The translations under genes were made by a program, and so were the position numbers. DNA of 56,997 bases. Origin: Burkholderiaceae bacterium. GTDB lineage: Bacteria > Pseudomonadota > Gammaproteobacteria > Burkholderiales > Burkholderiaceae_C. The stretch lies in the NCBI GenBank assembly GCA_046594635.1, contig JBKJRR010000133.1, positions 1-56,997 on the forward strand, written 5' to 3'. The notes under the pieces were generated by a model, which was not told the DNA's origin, ran no database searches, and saw only the letters and a program-made list of their open reading frames with translations. How positions within the stretch are numbered: the stretch's first letter is position 1; every line of letters begins with the position of its first letter. Of the stretch, positions 1-10,938 are shown piece by piece.

Positions 1-625
1 CGGGCTTGCCGGGCATCGCGGGCGGATCCGCAGGCTTTTCGAGAAAGTCGACGATATGGCGCTTATCGTCGATCGCCATCACGCCAAACGCGCTGGCCTC
101 GCTGCGCGGCACCGCGATGCAGGCCACCGTGCAGGGCCGACCCTTGGCAACATGATCGGCCAGCATCACCGCGTAGTTCATCTTGTAGATGTGGTCGCCC
201 GCCAGCACGACGATGAAGTCCGCACCGTATCCCTCCAGGATGTCGTGGTTCTGGTAGACCGCGTCGGCGGTGCCGCGGTACCAGCTTTCGTCGTCATTGC
301 GTTGTTGCGCTGGCAGCAGGTCGACGAACTCATTCATTTCGCTCTTGAGGAACGCCCAGCCACGCTGCAAATGGCGCAGCAGGCTGTGCGACTTGTATTG
401 CGTGATCACGCCGATGCGCCGCACGCCTGAATTCAGGCAGTTCGACAACGCGAAATCGACGATGCGGAACTTGCCACCGAAATACACCGCCGGTTTCGCG
501 CGGCGGTCAGTCAGGTCCATCAGGCGGCTGCCGCGCCCTCCCGCAAGAACCAGCGCCACGGCGCGTTTGGGCAGGTCGAGGCTTGTGGCGAGGTCGAGGC
601 CTTTCGCCAGGTCAGGGGAAGTCAT
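1..625 (-). CDS. glgC: Glucose-1-phosphate adenylyltransferase (ADP-glucose pyrophosphorylase), 5' part; truncated by window edge
   Basis: Manual translation from ATG 625 (GGAGA SD upstream): MTSPDL...[40 protein letters not shown]...WYRGTADAV...LAGDHIYKM...FLEKP; canonical GlgC motifs. Not in the supplied ORF track. Confidence 0.95.
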   Translation of the reverse strand, partial: MTSPDLAKGLDLATSLDLPKRAVALVLAGGRGSRLMDLTDRRAKPAVYFGGKFRIVDFALSNCLNSGVRRIGVITQYKSHSLLRHLQRGWAFLKSEMNEFVDLLPAQQRNDDESWYRGTADAVYQNHDILEGYGADFIVVLAGDHIYKMNYAVMLADHVAKGRPCTVACIAVPRSEASAFGVMAIDDKRHIVDFLEKPADPPAMPGKP

Positions 626-760
626 CTTGTCTCCTTGGGGCGTCGCTGATCTCGGATGGGTAATGCACCACCATCTTAATGCCGGCGACACGGCCAGGGT
701 TACGGCCGGGTTACCGCATGCGAAAATCCGCTGACCTGTCTGTACCAGAGGGCACTCCAC

Positions 761-3241
761 ATGTGCGCCGGCGAAGACCGTATCCGAACCAAAAAGGACT
801 CCCCTGTGACCCAGAGCCCTCCGCAAATGCACGCCGATCTGGCGGAGTCGATTGCAAAACACCTGCTGCAGACGGTTGGCGTCGATCCGGCAAGCGCCAC
901 GCGCAACCAGTTCATGCAGGCGCTGGCCCAGGTGGCACGGGCCGAGTTGTCGCGCCGCTGGGTCCAGACCCAGGCGCGTGAGCAGGACGCCAAAGCGCGC
1001 CGGGTCTACTACCTGTCAATGGAATTTCTGGTCGGGCGCAGCATGTCCAATGCTCTGGCCGCCCTGGGGCTGACAGGCGCGGCGAGCCTGGGCCTGGCGC
1101 AATTCGCGCGCTCGTTGGAAGATGTCGCCGATTGCGAACCCGATGCCGCGCTGGGCAACGGTGGTCTCGGTCGTCTTGCAGCATGTTTCCTGGACGCGAT
1201 GGCCACTGTAGGGCTGCCATCATTCGGTTACGGCATTCGTTATGAATACGGCATGTTCGCGCAGGAGATCCAGGACGGTTGCCAGATGGAATACCCCGAC
1301 CCCTGGCTGAAGGACGGCACACCCTGGGAGTTTCCTCGCTCCGAGATTGGTTATCCGGTACGTTTTGGCGGCTGGGTAGACCACGCGAGTGGAGACGCCA
1401 AGTGGTGCAGCAGCGCCGAAGTGGTGGCCAAGGCCTACGACATGGTGGTGCCGGGGCATGGCAACCAGGCGGTCAGCACCTTACGGTTATGGCGGGCCAT
1501 GGCGCCGGCCCACATCGACCTGGGCGCCTTCAACACCGGTGACTATGCGCGCGCTGCCAGCGCCAAAAACGCTTACGAGAACATTTCCTGGGTGCTGTAT
1601 CCCAACGACAGCACCCCCGCAGGGCGAGAGTTGCGCCTGAAGCAGGAGTATTTTTTCGTTGCCGCGTCGATCCAGGACCTGATCGCGCGTCATCTGCACG
1701 AACACGCCGGACTGGACAACCTGGCCGACCAAGTAGCGATCCACCTCAACGACACCCATCCGGCCATCGGCGTGGCGGAATTGATGCGCGTGCTGGTCGA
1801 TGAACACGGCATGCCCTGGACCCATGCCTGGTCCATCTGCACCCGCAGCTTTTCCTATACCAACCACACGCTGATGCCGGAGGCGCTGGAGACCTGGTCG
1901 GTGGGACTGATGCAGCATGTGTTGCCCCGGCACCTGGAGATCATCTTTCGCATAAACAAGGAGTTTCTAGACGAGGCGGCGCGGCATCGGCCGGGCGACC
2001 ACGGATTCCTGTCGCGACTCTCGCTGATTGACGAACATGGCGAACGCCGCGTGCGCATGGCCCACCTGTCGATCGTGGGCAGCCACAAGGTCAATGGTGT
2101 GTCGGCACTGCATTCCGACCTGTTGGTCCAGACCATCTTCGCGGACTTTGCCAGTCTGTGGCCCGAACGCTTCACCAACATGACCAACGGTGTCACACCG
2201 CGGCGCTGGCTGGCACAAGCCAACCCGGGTCTGGCCGGGCTGCTCGACGACACGCTGGGCCGGCTCTGGCGGCTCAATCTCGACCAGTTGCAGCGTCTTC
2301 GAGGCCTGCGCGAGGATCCGGCGTTTCGCAAGCGTTTTGCAGCCATCAAACACGCCAACAAGGTGCGCCTGGCCGCCTACATCCACAAGGCCACCGGCAT
2401 CACGGTCGATCCGCACAGCCTGTTCGACGTGCAGGTCAAGCGCATTCACGAGTACAAGCGCCAGTTGCTCAACCTGCTGCATGTGGTGACGCGTTACCAG
2501 GCCATCCTGGCCGATCCGCAAGCCGACTGGGTGCCTCGCACGGTCATCTTCGCGGGCAAGGCAGCATCCTCGTATCACACTGCCAAATCCATCATCCGTC
2601 TGATCCATGATGTGGCCGGCGTCATCAACTCCGATCCACGCGTCGGCGACAAACTCAAACTGGTGTTTCTGCCCAATTACGGCGTGTCGGTAGCCGAAAT
2701 CATCATGCCGGGTGCGGATCTGTCCGAGCAGATCTCCACCGCAGGCACCGAGGCGTCCGGCACCGGCAACATGAAGCTGGCACTCAATGGTGCGCTGACC
2801 ATCGGTACCGACGACGGCGCCAACATCGAGATTCGCCAGAACGTGGGAGATGACAACATCTTCATCTTCGGGTTGCGCACGGCGGAGGTGGGCGAGTTGC
2901 GACACCATGGTTATCACCCGATGCGTTTTTACGAAACCGTACCAGGCTTGCGCGCGGCGCTCGATGCGATCGCCGGCGATACTTTTTCAGCCGACGAACC
3001 CGGCCGTTATCGCGAGTTGGTGGACTCCCTGCTCTGGGGGGGCGACCACTACATGCTGCTGGCCGACTATGCCTCCTATATTGCGACCCAGTCCCGGGTG
3101 GACGCGCTGTACCGCGCGCCGTCGCAATGGTCGTCGTGCGCCATTGCCAACGTGGCAGGCATGGGTCCCTTTTCCGCGGACCGGACCATCCGGGCCTACG
3201 CCAAAGACATCTGGCACATCGCCCCTGGTTCAGGCGCCTAG
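761..3241 (+). CDS. glgP: Glycogen/starch/alpha-glucan phosphorylase (true start may be GTG 806 or ATG 827)
   Basis: [37 protein letters not shown] and the PLP-lysine motif EASGTGNMK. Confidence 0.97.
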   Translation: MCAGEDRIRTKKDSPVTQSPPQMHADLAESIAKHLLQTVGVDPASATRNQFMQALAQVARAELSRRWVQTQAREQDAKARRVYYLSMEFLVGRSMSNALAALGLTGAASLGLAQFARSLEDVADCEPDAALGNGGLGRLAACFLDAMATVGLPSFGYGIRYEYGMFAQEIQDGCQMEYPDPWLKDGTPWEFPRSEIGYPVRFGGWVDHASGDAKWCSSAEVVAKAYDMVVPGHGNQAVSTLRLWRAMAPAHIDLGAFNTGDYARAASAKNAYENISWVLYPNDSTPAGRELRLKQEYFFVAASIQDLIARHLHEHAGLDNLADQVAIHLNDTHPAIGVAELMRVLVDEHGMPWTHAWSICTRSFSYTNHTLMPEALETWSVGLMQHVLPRHLEIIFRINKEFLDEAARHRPGDHGFLSRLSLIDEHGERRVRMAHLSIVGSHKVNGVSALHSDLLVQTIFADFASLWPERFTNMTNGVTPRRWLAQANPGLAGLLDDTLGRLWRLNLDQLQRLRGLREDPAFRKRFAAIKHANKVRLAAYIHKATGITVDPHSLFDVQVKRIHEYKRQLLNLLHVVTRYQAILADPQADWVPRTVIFAGKAASSYHTAKSIIRLIHDVAGVINSDPRVGDKLKLVFLPNYGVSVAEIIMPGADLSEQISTAGTEASGTGNMKLALNGALTIGTDDGANIEIRQNVGDDNIFIFGLRTAEVGELRHHGYHPMRFYETVPGLRAALDAIAGDTFSADEPGRYRELVDSLLWGGDHYMLLADYASYIATQSRVDALYRAPSQWSSCAIANVAGMGPFSADRTIRAYAKDIWHIAPGSGA

Positions 3242-3266
3242 CCTTGATGCGTCAGCGGATACCGCC

Positions 3267-5450
3267 ATGCTGAATCCGACCGATGTCGCGTTGATCTGCC
3301 AGGGAGCGCATGGCGATCCGTTTGCAGTGTTGGGCCCCCACCGCATCGGCAACGGGCGCACGTCGGTGCGCGTTTTCATCCCCGGTGCAGACCAGGTTCT
3401 GGTGGTTGCCGCGTCTTCACAACAGGTCCTGGCCACGCTGGCCCGGCGCCATGACGACGGATTTTTCGAACAGGTGCTGACATCCGTACCTGCAAGTCCT
3501 TACCAGTTGCAAGTGCGCTGGGGCGATGGCAGTGTGGTGTTGATGGACGACCCCTACCGCTTTGGCCCGGTGCTGGGCGACATGGACCTGTGGTTGCTGG
3601 CCGAAGGCACACACCTGCGGCCCTTCGAAGTAATGGGCGCGCAGCTGGCAGACATGGACGGTGTGGCAGGCACACGTTTCGCGGTATGGGCTCCCAACGC
3701 ATCGCGCGTCAGTGTGGTCGGCGATTTCAATCATTGGGACCTGCGCCGCCATCCGATGCGCTTGCGGCGCGAGTGTGGAGTGTGGGAATTTTTCCTGCCG
3801 GGTGTGGGTGAAGGCGCCAACTACAAATTTGCCATCCGTGACCAGGCTGGCGAGAACCTGCCGCTGCGCGCCGACCCGTTTGCGCTGCGTGCGGAGCTGC
3901 GCCCCTCGACTGCCAGTGTCGTGGCGCAACTGCCACCATCGGTGGCAAGCGACCCGCTGCGCGCAGCCGCCAACGCGCTGGGTGCGCCCATGAGCATCTA
4001 CGAGGTGCACCTGGGCTCATGGCGGCGCAAGACCGAGGAGCAGGATCGCTGGCTGACCTGGGACGAACTGGCCGACACGCTTGTGCCCTACGCGGTGGAC
4101 ATGGGGTTCACCCACCTCGAACTGTTGCCCGTCAGCGAGCACCCGTTCGATGGCTCCTGGGGTTACCAGCCAATCGGTCTGTATGCGCCTACCGCCCGCT
4201 TCGGGTCACCCGAAGGTTTCGGCCGCTTCGTCGCCCGTTGCCATGGCGCTGGCATCGGCGTGCTGCTCGATTGGGTTCCGGCGCACTTCCCGACCGATGT
4301 CCATGGCCTGGCCCGATTCGACGGCACCCATCTGTATGAGTACGCCGACCCGCGCGAAGGTTTCCACAACGACTGGAACACCCTGATCTACAACCTGGGC
4401 CGTACGGAAGTGCGCAACTTCCTGGTCGGCAACGCCTTGTACTGGCTCGAGCGCTTTGGCGTTGACGGTTTGCGGGTGGATGCCGTGGCATCCATGTTGT
4501 ACCGTGATTACAGCCGTGAACCGGGCGAGTGGATTCCCAATGAACACGGCGGCCGTGAGAATCTTGAAGCGATCGCCTTTCTCAAGCGTCTGAATGAGGT
4601 GGTGGGCGAGCAACGTGCGCAGGCGGTCACGCTGGCCGAGGAATCCACCGCCTTCCCGGCGGTGTCGCGCCCGACCTATGCCGGCGGCCTGGGTTTCCAC
4701 TACAAATGGAACATGGGCTGGATGCACGACACGCTGCAATACATGGCACGCGACCCGATCCATCGCCGGTTTCACCATGGCGAGATGACCTTCGGCCTGG
4801 CCTATGCGTTCAACGAGAATTTCGTGCTGCCGATCTCGCACGACGAAGTCGTTCATGGCAAGGGTTCAATGCTGGGCAAGATGCCGGGCGACCGCTGGCA
4901 GCAGTTTGCCAACCTGCGAGCCTACTATGGCTTCATGTTCGCGCACCCGGGCAAGAAATTATTGTTCATGGGCTGCGAGTTTGCCCAGGTGCGCGAATGG
5001 AACCACGACCAGAGCCTGGACTGGCATCTGCTGAACGATCCGAAACACGACGGCGTATTGCGTCTGGTGCGCGACCTCAATCATCTCTATCGGCGCATGC
5101 CGGCACTGCATCAGCTCGATTTTGTCGCCGGCGGATTCGAGTGGATCGACCATGACAATGCGGCCCAGTCGGTCATGAGCTTCATCCGACGCGGCACCGA
5201 CGAGCGCACCTGCGTGGTGGTCGTTTGCAACTTCACGCCGACGCCGCATACCCATTTCCGGATCGGCGTGCCCTACGCTGGCGAATACCGCGAATGCCTC
5301 AACACCGATTCGAAACATTACGGCGGCAGCAATGTCGGCACGCCCAATGGCGCGGCCAGCGCGCAAGCCTCGCCCAGCCATGGCAAGCCCTGGTCCGTGG
5401 AACTGAACCTGCCACCCCTGGCCACGCTGATCCTTGAATGGAAAGCATGA
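3267..5450 (+). CDS. glgB: 1,4-alpha-glucan branching enzyme
   Basis: Start at MLNPTD (3267) within the supplied 2850..5450 ORF; [56 protein letters not shown]. Confidence 0.97.
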   Translation: MLNPTDVALICQGAHGDPFAVLGPHRIGNGRTSVRVFIPGADQVLVVAASSQQVLATLARRHDDGFFEQVLTSVPASPYQLQVRWGDGSVVLMDDPYRFGPVLGDMDLWLLAEGTHLRPFEVMGAQLADMDGVAGTRFAVWAPNASRVSVVGDFNHWDLRRHPMRLRRECGVWEFFLPGVGEGANYKFAIRDQAGENLPLRADPFALRAELRPSTASVVAQLPPSVASDPLRAAANALGAPMSIYEVHLGSWRRKTEEQDRWLTWDELADTLVPYAVDMGFTHLELLPVSEHPFDGSWGYQPIGLYAPTARFGSPEGFGRFVARCHGAGIGVLLDWVPAHFPTDVHGLARFDGTHLYEYADPREGFHNDWNTLIYNLGRTEVRNFLVGNALYWLERFGVDGLRVDAVASMLYRDYSREPGEWIPNEHGGRENLEAIAFLKRLNEVVGEQRAQAVTLAEESTAFPAVSRPTYAGGLGFHYKWNMGWMHDTLQYMARDPIHRRFHHGEMTFGLAYAFNENFVLPISHDEVVHGKGSMLGKMPGDRWQQFANLRAYYGFMFAHPGKKLLFMGCEFAQVREWNHDQSLDWHLLNDPKHDGVLRLVRDLNHLYRRMPALHQLDFVAGGFEWIDHDNAAQSVMSFIRRGTDERTCVVVVCNFTPTPHTHFRIGVPYAGEYRECLNTDSKHYGGSNVGTPNGAASAQASPSHGKPWSVELNLPPLATLILEWKA

Positions 5451-5515
5451 GCGTTGCGCCGGGCCGCCCCAAGCAAGCTTGCACCGCAGCCCGAAGGGCG
5501 AAGGTCTGCCTATGA
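5447..5515 (+). repeat. Short intergenic element bounded by ATGA...ATGA, encoding a 22-aa mini-ORF that links the glgB stop to the glgX start
   Basis: ATG 5447 overlaps the glgB TGA; reads [25 protein letters not shown] (5513-5515), which overlaps the glgX ATG 5512. Contains CGCCGGGCCGCCCCAAG and a GCCC-GAA-GGGC hairpin. Confidence 0.6.
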
Positions 5516-7623
5516 CTGCAAAGCGTCATGAGATGTCGCCCGGCCGCGCGTGGCCGCTGGGCGCGTTTGTTGACGGTCAGGGGGTGAATTTCGCGGTCGT
5601 CTCGGGCGGTGCGCAAAGCGTCGAGTTGTGTCTGTTCGACGCCACCGGCGCGCAAGAGCTGCGCCGCATGCCATTGCCGGTGCGCAGTGGCGACGTCTGG
5701 CACGGCCACTTGCCCGACGCCGGCCCGGGCCTGATCTACGGCCTGCGTGCCCACGGTCCCTGGCAACCGGAGCGGGGCCAGCTGTTCAACCCGGCCAAAC
5801 TTCTGCTCGACCCGTATGCGCGCGAAATCGTCGGCCGGTTCACCTGGCGCGATGAACATTTCGGCGCCAAGCGGCAGAGCCCCCTGGAGCGCGACGACCG
5901 CGACAACGCGCCGTTTGCGCTCAAGGCACGCGTGGTACAGGATCACTTCGATTGGGGTGACGACCGTGCGCCGCACACCGCCATTGAGGAAACAGTGTTG
6001 TACGAGATGCATGTCAAGGGCTTTTCCATGTTGCAGCAGGCCTTGCCGGAGTCCGTGCGCGGCAGCTTCGCGGGCCTGGCCCATCCGGCCAGCATCGCCC
6101 ATTTGCAACGACTGGGCATCACGGCGGTCAGCCTGCTGCCGGTGCACCATGCGCTGGACGAGGAACGGCTGGTCGCCATCGGGCTGCAAAATTACTGGGG
6201 CTACAACAGCATCGCGTATTTTTGCATCAACCCTGCGCTGGCCAGCGAGCCGGCGGGCGAGGGCGCACGCAACGAATTCCGCTGCATGGTGCGCGACCTG
6301 CATTCGGCGGGCATCGAGGTCATCCTGGATGTGGTCTTCAACCACACGGCCGAATCAGGCAGCGACGGCCCGACCCTCAGCTTTCGCGGGCTCGACAACG
6401 CGCGTTACTACCGCCTCGAACCCGGTGCACCCCGGAATTACGAGAACCACACCGGTTGCGGCAATACGCTCGACATCCGCAGCCCCCAGGTGTTGCGGCT
6501 TGTGATGGACAGCCTGCGTTACTGGGTGTCCGACATGCATGTCGACGGATTTCGCTTTGATCTGGCCACCGTGCTGGGTCGGGGAGACCATGGCTTTGAC
6601 CGCGGCAGCGCATTTTTCACGGCCGTGGCGCAGGACCCGGTACTGTCGACGGTCAAGATGATTGCGGAGCCGTGGGATATCGGCCCGGGCGGCTACCAGG
6701 TCGGTGGCTTTGCGCGCGGATGGCTGGAATGGAACGACAAATTCCGCGACACGCTGCGCGGTTTCTGGCTCGGCGGCCATGGCGGCGCGCATGCCTCCCA
6801 TGCACCGGCCACGCGCGCCGAGTTCGCGCAGCGACTGTGCGCTTCCAGCGATGTGTTTCAGGCGCGGCAACGCGCACCCAGCGAGTCGGTCAATTTTGTG
6901 GTGGCACATGACGGCTTCACACTGCGCGACCTGGTGAGCTACAACCAGCGCCACAACCTGGCCAACGGCGAGGAAAACCGCGACGGGCATGGCCACAACC
7001 TGAGTTTCAACTGCGGCGTGGAAGGCCCCAGCAATGATCACCATGTGAACCAGTTGCGTGCTCGGCTGCAGCGCGCGCTGCTCGCCTGCACGCTGCTGTC
7101 GCAAGGCACACCGATGTTATGCGCCGGCGACGAACTCGGCCATTCCGCGGGTGGCAACAACAACCCGTACTGCCAGGACAACGCCACCAGCTGGATAACC
7201 TGGTCCGGAGCCGACGAGGATCTGATCGCGTTCAGCGCGCGCGTACTGGAACTGCGCCGGACCGCGCGCCCGTTTTCCAACGAGTGGTACAGCGGCCTCA
7301 CCGACCCCCTGGGCCTGCACGATCTGGCCTGGCTGGAGCCCGACGGCAGCCCGTTGCAAGGCGACGCCTGGCACCAACCCGGATCACGCGCGCTGGGCTG
7401 TCTGATCGGCCAACCCGGGCGCGTCGCCGCGCCCCTGCTGCTGCTCGTCAATGCCGGGCAAGAGCCCCTGAGCTTCATGCTCCCGGGCGGGGTGTGGCAG
7501 GCACTGCTGGACACCGCGCACGCACGCGGCCAGGCCCGTTGGCATGGCCAGGGCCCGGTATTGCTGGAAGTGGCCGCGCACAGCCTGGTTCTGCTCGCCG
7601 CCGCCGGCGCTGGCGTAGCATGA
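5512..7623 (+). CDS. glgX: Glycogen debranching enzyme
   Basis: PGRAWPLGA, KLLLDPYAR, YEMHVKG, NYWGYN, DVVFNHT, DGFRFDLA, IAEPWD, AHDGFTLRD. Confidence 0.96.
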   Translation: MTAKRHEMSPGRAWPLGAFVDGQGVNFAVVSGGAQSVELCLFDATGAQELRRMPLPVRSGDVWHGHLPDAGPGLIYGLRAHGPWQPERGQLFNPAKLLLDPYAREIVGRFTWRDEHFGAKRQSPLERDDRDNAPFALKARVVQDHFDWGDDRAPHTAIEETVLYEMHVKGFSMLQQALPESVRGSFAGLAHPASIAHLQRLGITAVSLLPVHHALDEERLVAIGLQNYWGYNSIAYFCINPALASEPAGEGARNEFRCMVRDLHSAGIEVILDVVFNHTAESGSDGPTLSFRGLDNARYYRLEPGAPRNYENHTGCGNTLDIRSPQVLRLVMDSLRYWVSDMHVDGFRFDLATVLGRGDHGFDRGSAFFTAVAQDPVLSTVKMIAEPWDIGPGGYQVGGFARGWLEWNDKFRDTLRGFWLGGHGGAHASHAPATRAEFAQRLCASSDVFQARQRAPSESVNFVVAHDGFTLRDLVSYNQRHNLANGEENRDGHGHNLSFNCGVEGPSNDHHVNQLRARLQRALLACTLLSQGTPMLCAGDELGHSAGGNNNPYCQDNATSWITWSGADEDLIAFSARVLELRRTARPFSNEWYSGLTDPLGLHDLAWLEPDGSPLQGDAWHQPGSRALGCLIGQPGRVAAPLLLLVNAGQEPLSFMLPGGVWQALLDTAHARGQARWHGQGPVLLEVAAHSLVLLAAAGAGVA

Positions 7624-9110
7624 CGTTGACGCGCGCCAGCGGCATCCTGCTGCATCCCACCAGCCTGCCCGGGCCACATGGCTCGGGGGATTTCGGTGTC
7701 GCTGCGACTCATTTTGTTGACTGGCTGGTGTCGGCCGGACAAAGCCTTTGGCAGATTCTGCCACTGGGCGGCATCGGGCCCGGCAACTCGCCCTATATGA
7801 GCAGTTCGGCCTTTGCCGGCAACGTGTTGCTGATCGATTTGAGCGCATTGCAGCAACGCGGCTGGCTGCGCCCGGACGACGTCTTGCCGGCGCAGGCGTT
7901 CCAGCAGCAACGCCTGGATTTCGCAGCCGTCGTGCCCTGGCGCATGCATCGCTTGCGCCGCGCCGCTACGGCCTTTGCGCGCGTGGCCCACGCCGACGAC
8001 CGTGTCGCATTTGATGAATTTTGTACGCACCAGGCCAGTTGGCTGGATGACTACGCGTTGTTCATGGCGCTGGCCGATGCCCACGCGTGGCAGCCGTGGA
8101 GCGACTGGGAGCCACTGCTCGTGCGTCGCGATGCCCGGGCCATGGGCCTGGCGCGTGCGCAACACGCCGGGGCGATCGCGTTCTGGAAATTCTGCCAATG
8201 GTGCTTCTTCGAGCAATGGTTCCGGCTCAAGGCCTATGCCAACGACCGTGGCGTACGAATCGTCGGTGACGCACCGATCTTCGTGGCCTACCAGAGCGCG
8301 GATGTCTGGTCGCGGCAGGAACTATTTGACCTGGGCGCAGACGGCCGCCCGCCGGTGGTCGCCGGTGTACCCCCCGACTATTTCAGCGCTACGGGCCAGC
8401 GCTGGGGCAACCCGCTGTACCGTTGGGACGCGCACGCCGCAGAAGGTTACGCCTGGTGGACCGAACGCTTGCGCCGCACCGTCGAACTGGTGGATATCGT
8501 GCGCATCGATCATTTCCGCGGCTTCGTCGCTTACTGGGAAATTCCGGCGAGCGAGCCCACGGCTGTTGCAGGGCGATGGTTGCCCGGCCCCGGTGCCGCT
8601 TTGTTCGAGGCCGTGGAAGCGGCCTTGGGCAAGCTACCCATCATTGCCGAGGACCTGGGCGTGATCACACCCGAGGTGGACGCGTTGCGCCGGCGTTTCG
8701 ACCTGCCCGGCATGCGTGTGCTGCAGTTCGCCTTTGGTGGCGACAACGCCAATGCCTATCTGCCCCATAACTACTCAACCAACTCCGTGGTCTACGGTGG
8801 CACGCACGACAACAATACCAGCGTCGGCTGGTGGGACGCGGCCAGTGCGGCCGAACGCGCCCATGTTTGCAACTACCTGGCCGTTGACGGCCACGATATC
8901 GCCTGGGACCTGATCCGATCGGCCTGCGCCAGTGTTGCCGACACCGCCATCCACCCGATGCAGGACGTGCTTGAACTCGGAGCAGAACACCGCATGAACC
9001 TGCCAGGCAAGGGAGAGGGTTATTGGGAGTGGCGCTTTACCTGGGAGCAGGTGCGACCGGAACATGCAGCCCGGCTGAAGCATCTGTCCGGTTTGTACCG
9101 GCGGGGTTGA
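7620..9110 (+). CDS. malQ: 4-alpha-glucanotransferase (amylomaltase)
   Basis: ATGA overlap with glgX; RASGILLHPTSLP, GVPPDYFSATGQRWGNP, RIDHFRG, IAEDLG, GTHDN, RMNLPG. Confidence 0.96.
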   Translation: MTLTRASGILLHPTSLPGPHGSGDFGVAATHFVDWLVSAGQSLWQILPLGGIGPGNSPYMSSSAFAGNVLLIDLSALQQRGWLRPDDVLPAQAFQQQRLDFAAVVPWRMHRLRRAATAFARVAHADDRVAFDEFCTHQASWLDDYALFMALADAHAWQPWSDWEPLLVRRDARAMGLARAQHAGAIAFWKFCQWCFFEQWFRLKAYANDRGVRIVGDAPIFVAYQSADVWSRQELFDLGADGRPPVVAGVPPDYFSATGQRWGNPLYRWDAHAAEGYAWWTERLRRTVELVDIVRIDHFRGFVAYWEIPASEPTAVAGRWLPGPGAALFEAVEAALGKLPIIAEDLGVITPEVDALRRRFDLPGMRVLQFAFGGDNANAYLPHNYSTNSVVYGGTHDNNTSVGWWDAASAAERAHVCNYLAVDGHDIAWDLIRSACASVADTAIHPMQDVLELGAEHRMNLPGKGEGYWEWRFTWEQVRPEHAARLKHLSGLYRRG

Positions 9111-9367
9111 CCCGCGGTTGCATCCGCGACTGACATCACGTTGGCAGTCGATGAGAACTCGCGCGCCGTGACCCATGGCACTCGGCCGGACGAAACATGG
9201 TTCGTTGCAGGCCCCATTGGCCATGACGCTGGCAATGTCGATTCATTCGGCGATATCAACGTCTGTGTGTGCCAACACTGTCATGGCGTCGATGCGGTCG
9301 GCGGTTTGCGGGCTGGGGGCAAGCGTCTGCGCAGGACTGGTGGATCTTCTCGCATGGGGTGGACTTT

Positions 9368-9655
9368 TCAGTCGAAAATTTCGCTGAGCCAGGACTTCTT
9401 GCGGCGGTAAGGGCGTCGCTGGTCATGACCGAAGTCCGAGTCGGCGAAGTCTGAATCGGCGAAGCGCTTTTGCGCGGGTGTGTCTGGCCGCACGCTGTTG
9501 TTGCCCTGTGCCTGCTGGGCTGCGGCCTTGTCCAGCAACTTGTCAAGCTCGCCGCGGTCGAGCCAGATGCCGCGGCACTGGGGGCAATAGTCGATCTCCA
9601 CGTTCTGGCGCTCGGACAGCACCAGTTTGGTATCGGGACAGTGGGGGCAGTTCAT
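9368..9655 (-). CDS. zf-TFIIB-type zinc-ribbon protein
   Basis: CPHC...EIDYCPQCRGIWLDRGELDK and C-terminal RRKKSWLSEIFD typical of the family; AAGGA SD. Confidence 0.85.
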   Translation of the reverse strand: MNCPHCPDTKLVLSERQNVEIDYCPQCRGIWLDRGELDKLLDKAAAQQAQGNNSVRPDTPAQKRFADSDFADSDFGHDQRRPYRRKKSWLSEIFD

Positions 9656-9710
9656 GGGTTTTCCTTGGTGGGTGGGGGGAAGGCTGGAATATCCGGCGCA
9701 GCGAGATGGG

Positions 9711-10670
9711 TCAGGCCTTGGGTCGTACGGTGGCGGTGCGCAAACTGAGCAACATCGTTAACGTCAGGATGCCCACGACAACACCGAGCGACACCAGCAC
9801 AGGAATCTTGTAGACGTCGATCAAGCACATCTTGGTGCCGATGAACACGAGGATCACGGCCAGTCCGTAGTTCAGCAAATGGAACTTGTGGGCGACGGCT
9901 GCCAGCAGGAAATACATCGCGCGCAGGCCAAGGATGGCGAACACGTTGCTGGTGAGCACGATGAACGGATCCTGGGTGATTGCAAAAATCGCCGGAATCG
10001 AATCAACGGCAAAAATCACGTCGGTCAGCGCAATCAGGCAGATCACCAAAAACATCGGCGTGGCAATCTTTTTGCCGTTCTCCACGGTCCAGAAATTTTC
10101 TCGGTCGTAGTGCTTGCTGACCGGCAGGATCCTGCGCAGCAGCCGGAGTGCCGGGTTGCCTTCCAGGTTCGGTTCCTGGCCCGCGGCCCACCACATCTTG
10201 ATGCCGGTAAGAATCAAGAAGCCGCCGAACACATACAGGATCCAGTGGAACTCAGACAGCAGCCAGCCGCCAACAAGAATCATCACGGTGCGCAGGACGA
10301 TCGCGCCGATGATGCCGATCATCAGCACCCGCTTCTGGTATGCCGGCGGAACGGCGAAGTAGGTGAAGATCATCAGGAACACGAACACGTTGTCGACGGC
10401 CAGCGACTTCTCGATCAGATAGCCGGTCAGGAATTCGAGCGACTTGCTGTTCGCGAGCGCAACCGAGCCGGTGCTGTCCTTGACTGCCCACCAGAGCAGG
10501 CCGTTGAACGCAAAACTCAGGCCGATCCAGATCAGCGACCAGTTGAGCGCTTCCTTGACGCCGATGACGTGTGCGCCCTGCTTTCTCAGCACGACAAAGT
10601 CGACGAAGAGTGAAACCAGCACGATGCCGGAAAACGTGACCCAGAGCCACAACGGAGCGATTGTCTGCAT
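9711..10670 (-). CDS. alx: TerC/Alx family membrane protein (Mn2+ homeostasis)
   Basis: GYLIEKSLAVDNVFVF, TDVIFAVDSIPAIFAIT, SNVFAILGLRAMYF; start at ATG 10670 after GAGG SD; riboswitch upstream. Confidence 0.9.
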   Translation of the reverse strand: MQTIAPLWLWVTFSGIVLVSLFVDFVVLRKQGAHVIGVKEALNWSLIWIGLSFAFNGLLWWAVKDSTGSVALANSKSLEFLTGYLIEKSLAVDNVFVFLMIFTYFAVPPAYQKRVLMIGIIGAIVLRTVMILVGGWLLSEFHWILYVFGGFLILTGIKMWWAAGQEPNLEGNPALRLLRRILPVSKHYDRENFWTVENGKKIATPMFLVICLIALTDVIFAVDSIPAIFAITQDPFIVLTSNVFAILGLRAMYFLLAAVAHKFHLLNYGLAVILVFIGTKMCLIDVYKIPVLVSLGVVVGILTLTMLLSLRTATVRPKA

Positions 10671-10704
10671 GCAAGACCTCAAAAGGACAAAGTTGAAAAA
10701 CTTT

Positions 10705-10845
10705 CCTGAAGGTCTTGCGGGAGAGCGCCAGATGGCACCTCTGCATGTTCCGGCCTGCACAGCGTCGTGATGGCGCTGGCATGACGTATTGACGAAACAT
10801 GCAAACCCGGCCGCGTTGGCCGGGGCTGCTACTCCCCTTGAGGAG
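10705..10845 (-). promoter_or_regulatory. yybP-ykoY (Mn2+-sensing) riboswitch
   Basis: Minus strand reads CCTCAAGGGGAGTAGC...CGTCAATAC...GCAAGACCTTCAGG: the hallmark 5' GGGGAGUA and 3' GCAAGACCU segments with a closing P1 helix, directly upstream of a terC/alx gene. Confidence 0.88.
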
Positions 10846-10938
10846 CGTCAAGTGTGGCATGGGGTGTGAAAACCCCAGCCGTTGTGGACCAATTGCGGAC
10901 GCTGCCAGCCACGTGCGGCTGGCATTCATCATGGGGTC

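Noticed and set aside
572-615. 18-bp imperfect tandem repeat at the glgC 5' end ([16 protein letters not shown])
   Set aside because: Short in-frame coding duplication in a variable N-terminus; no evidence of a separate function.
2850-3266. Long N-terminal extensions in the ORF track for glgB (also malQ, gntR, lactonase, tadA, flavin reductase, maiA, phaA)
   Set aside because: They overlap neighbouring genes; family homology begins at downstream starts with SD sequences or stop-start overlaps.
9111-9367. Possible small ORFs between malQ and the zinc-ribbon gene
   Set aside because: No SD, no motif, and no frame with convincing coding character.
9430-9465. 15-bp tandem repeat (FADSD-FADSD) in the zinc-ribbon gene
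   Set aside because: Low-complexity coding repeat in a variable linker; not CRISPR-like.
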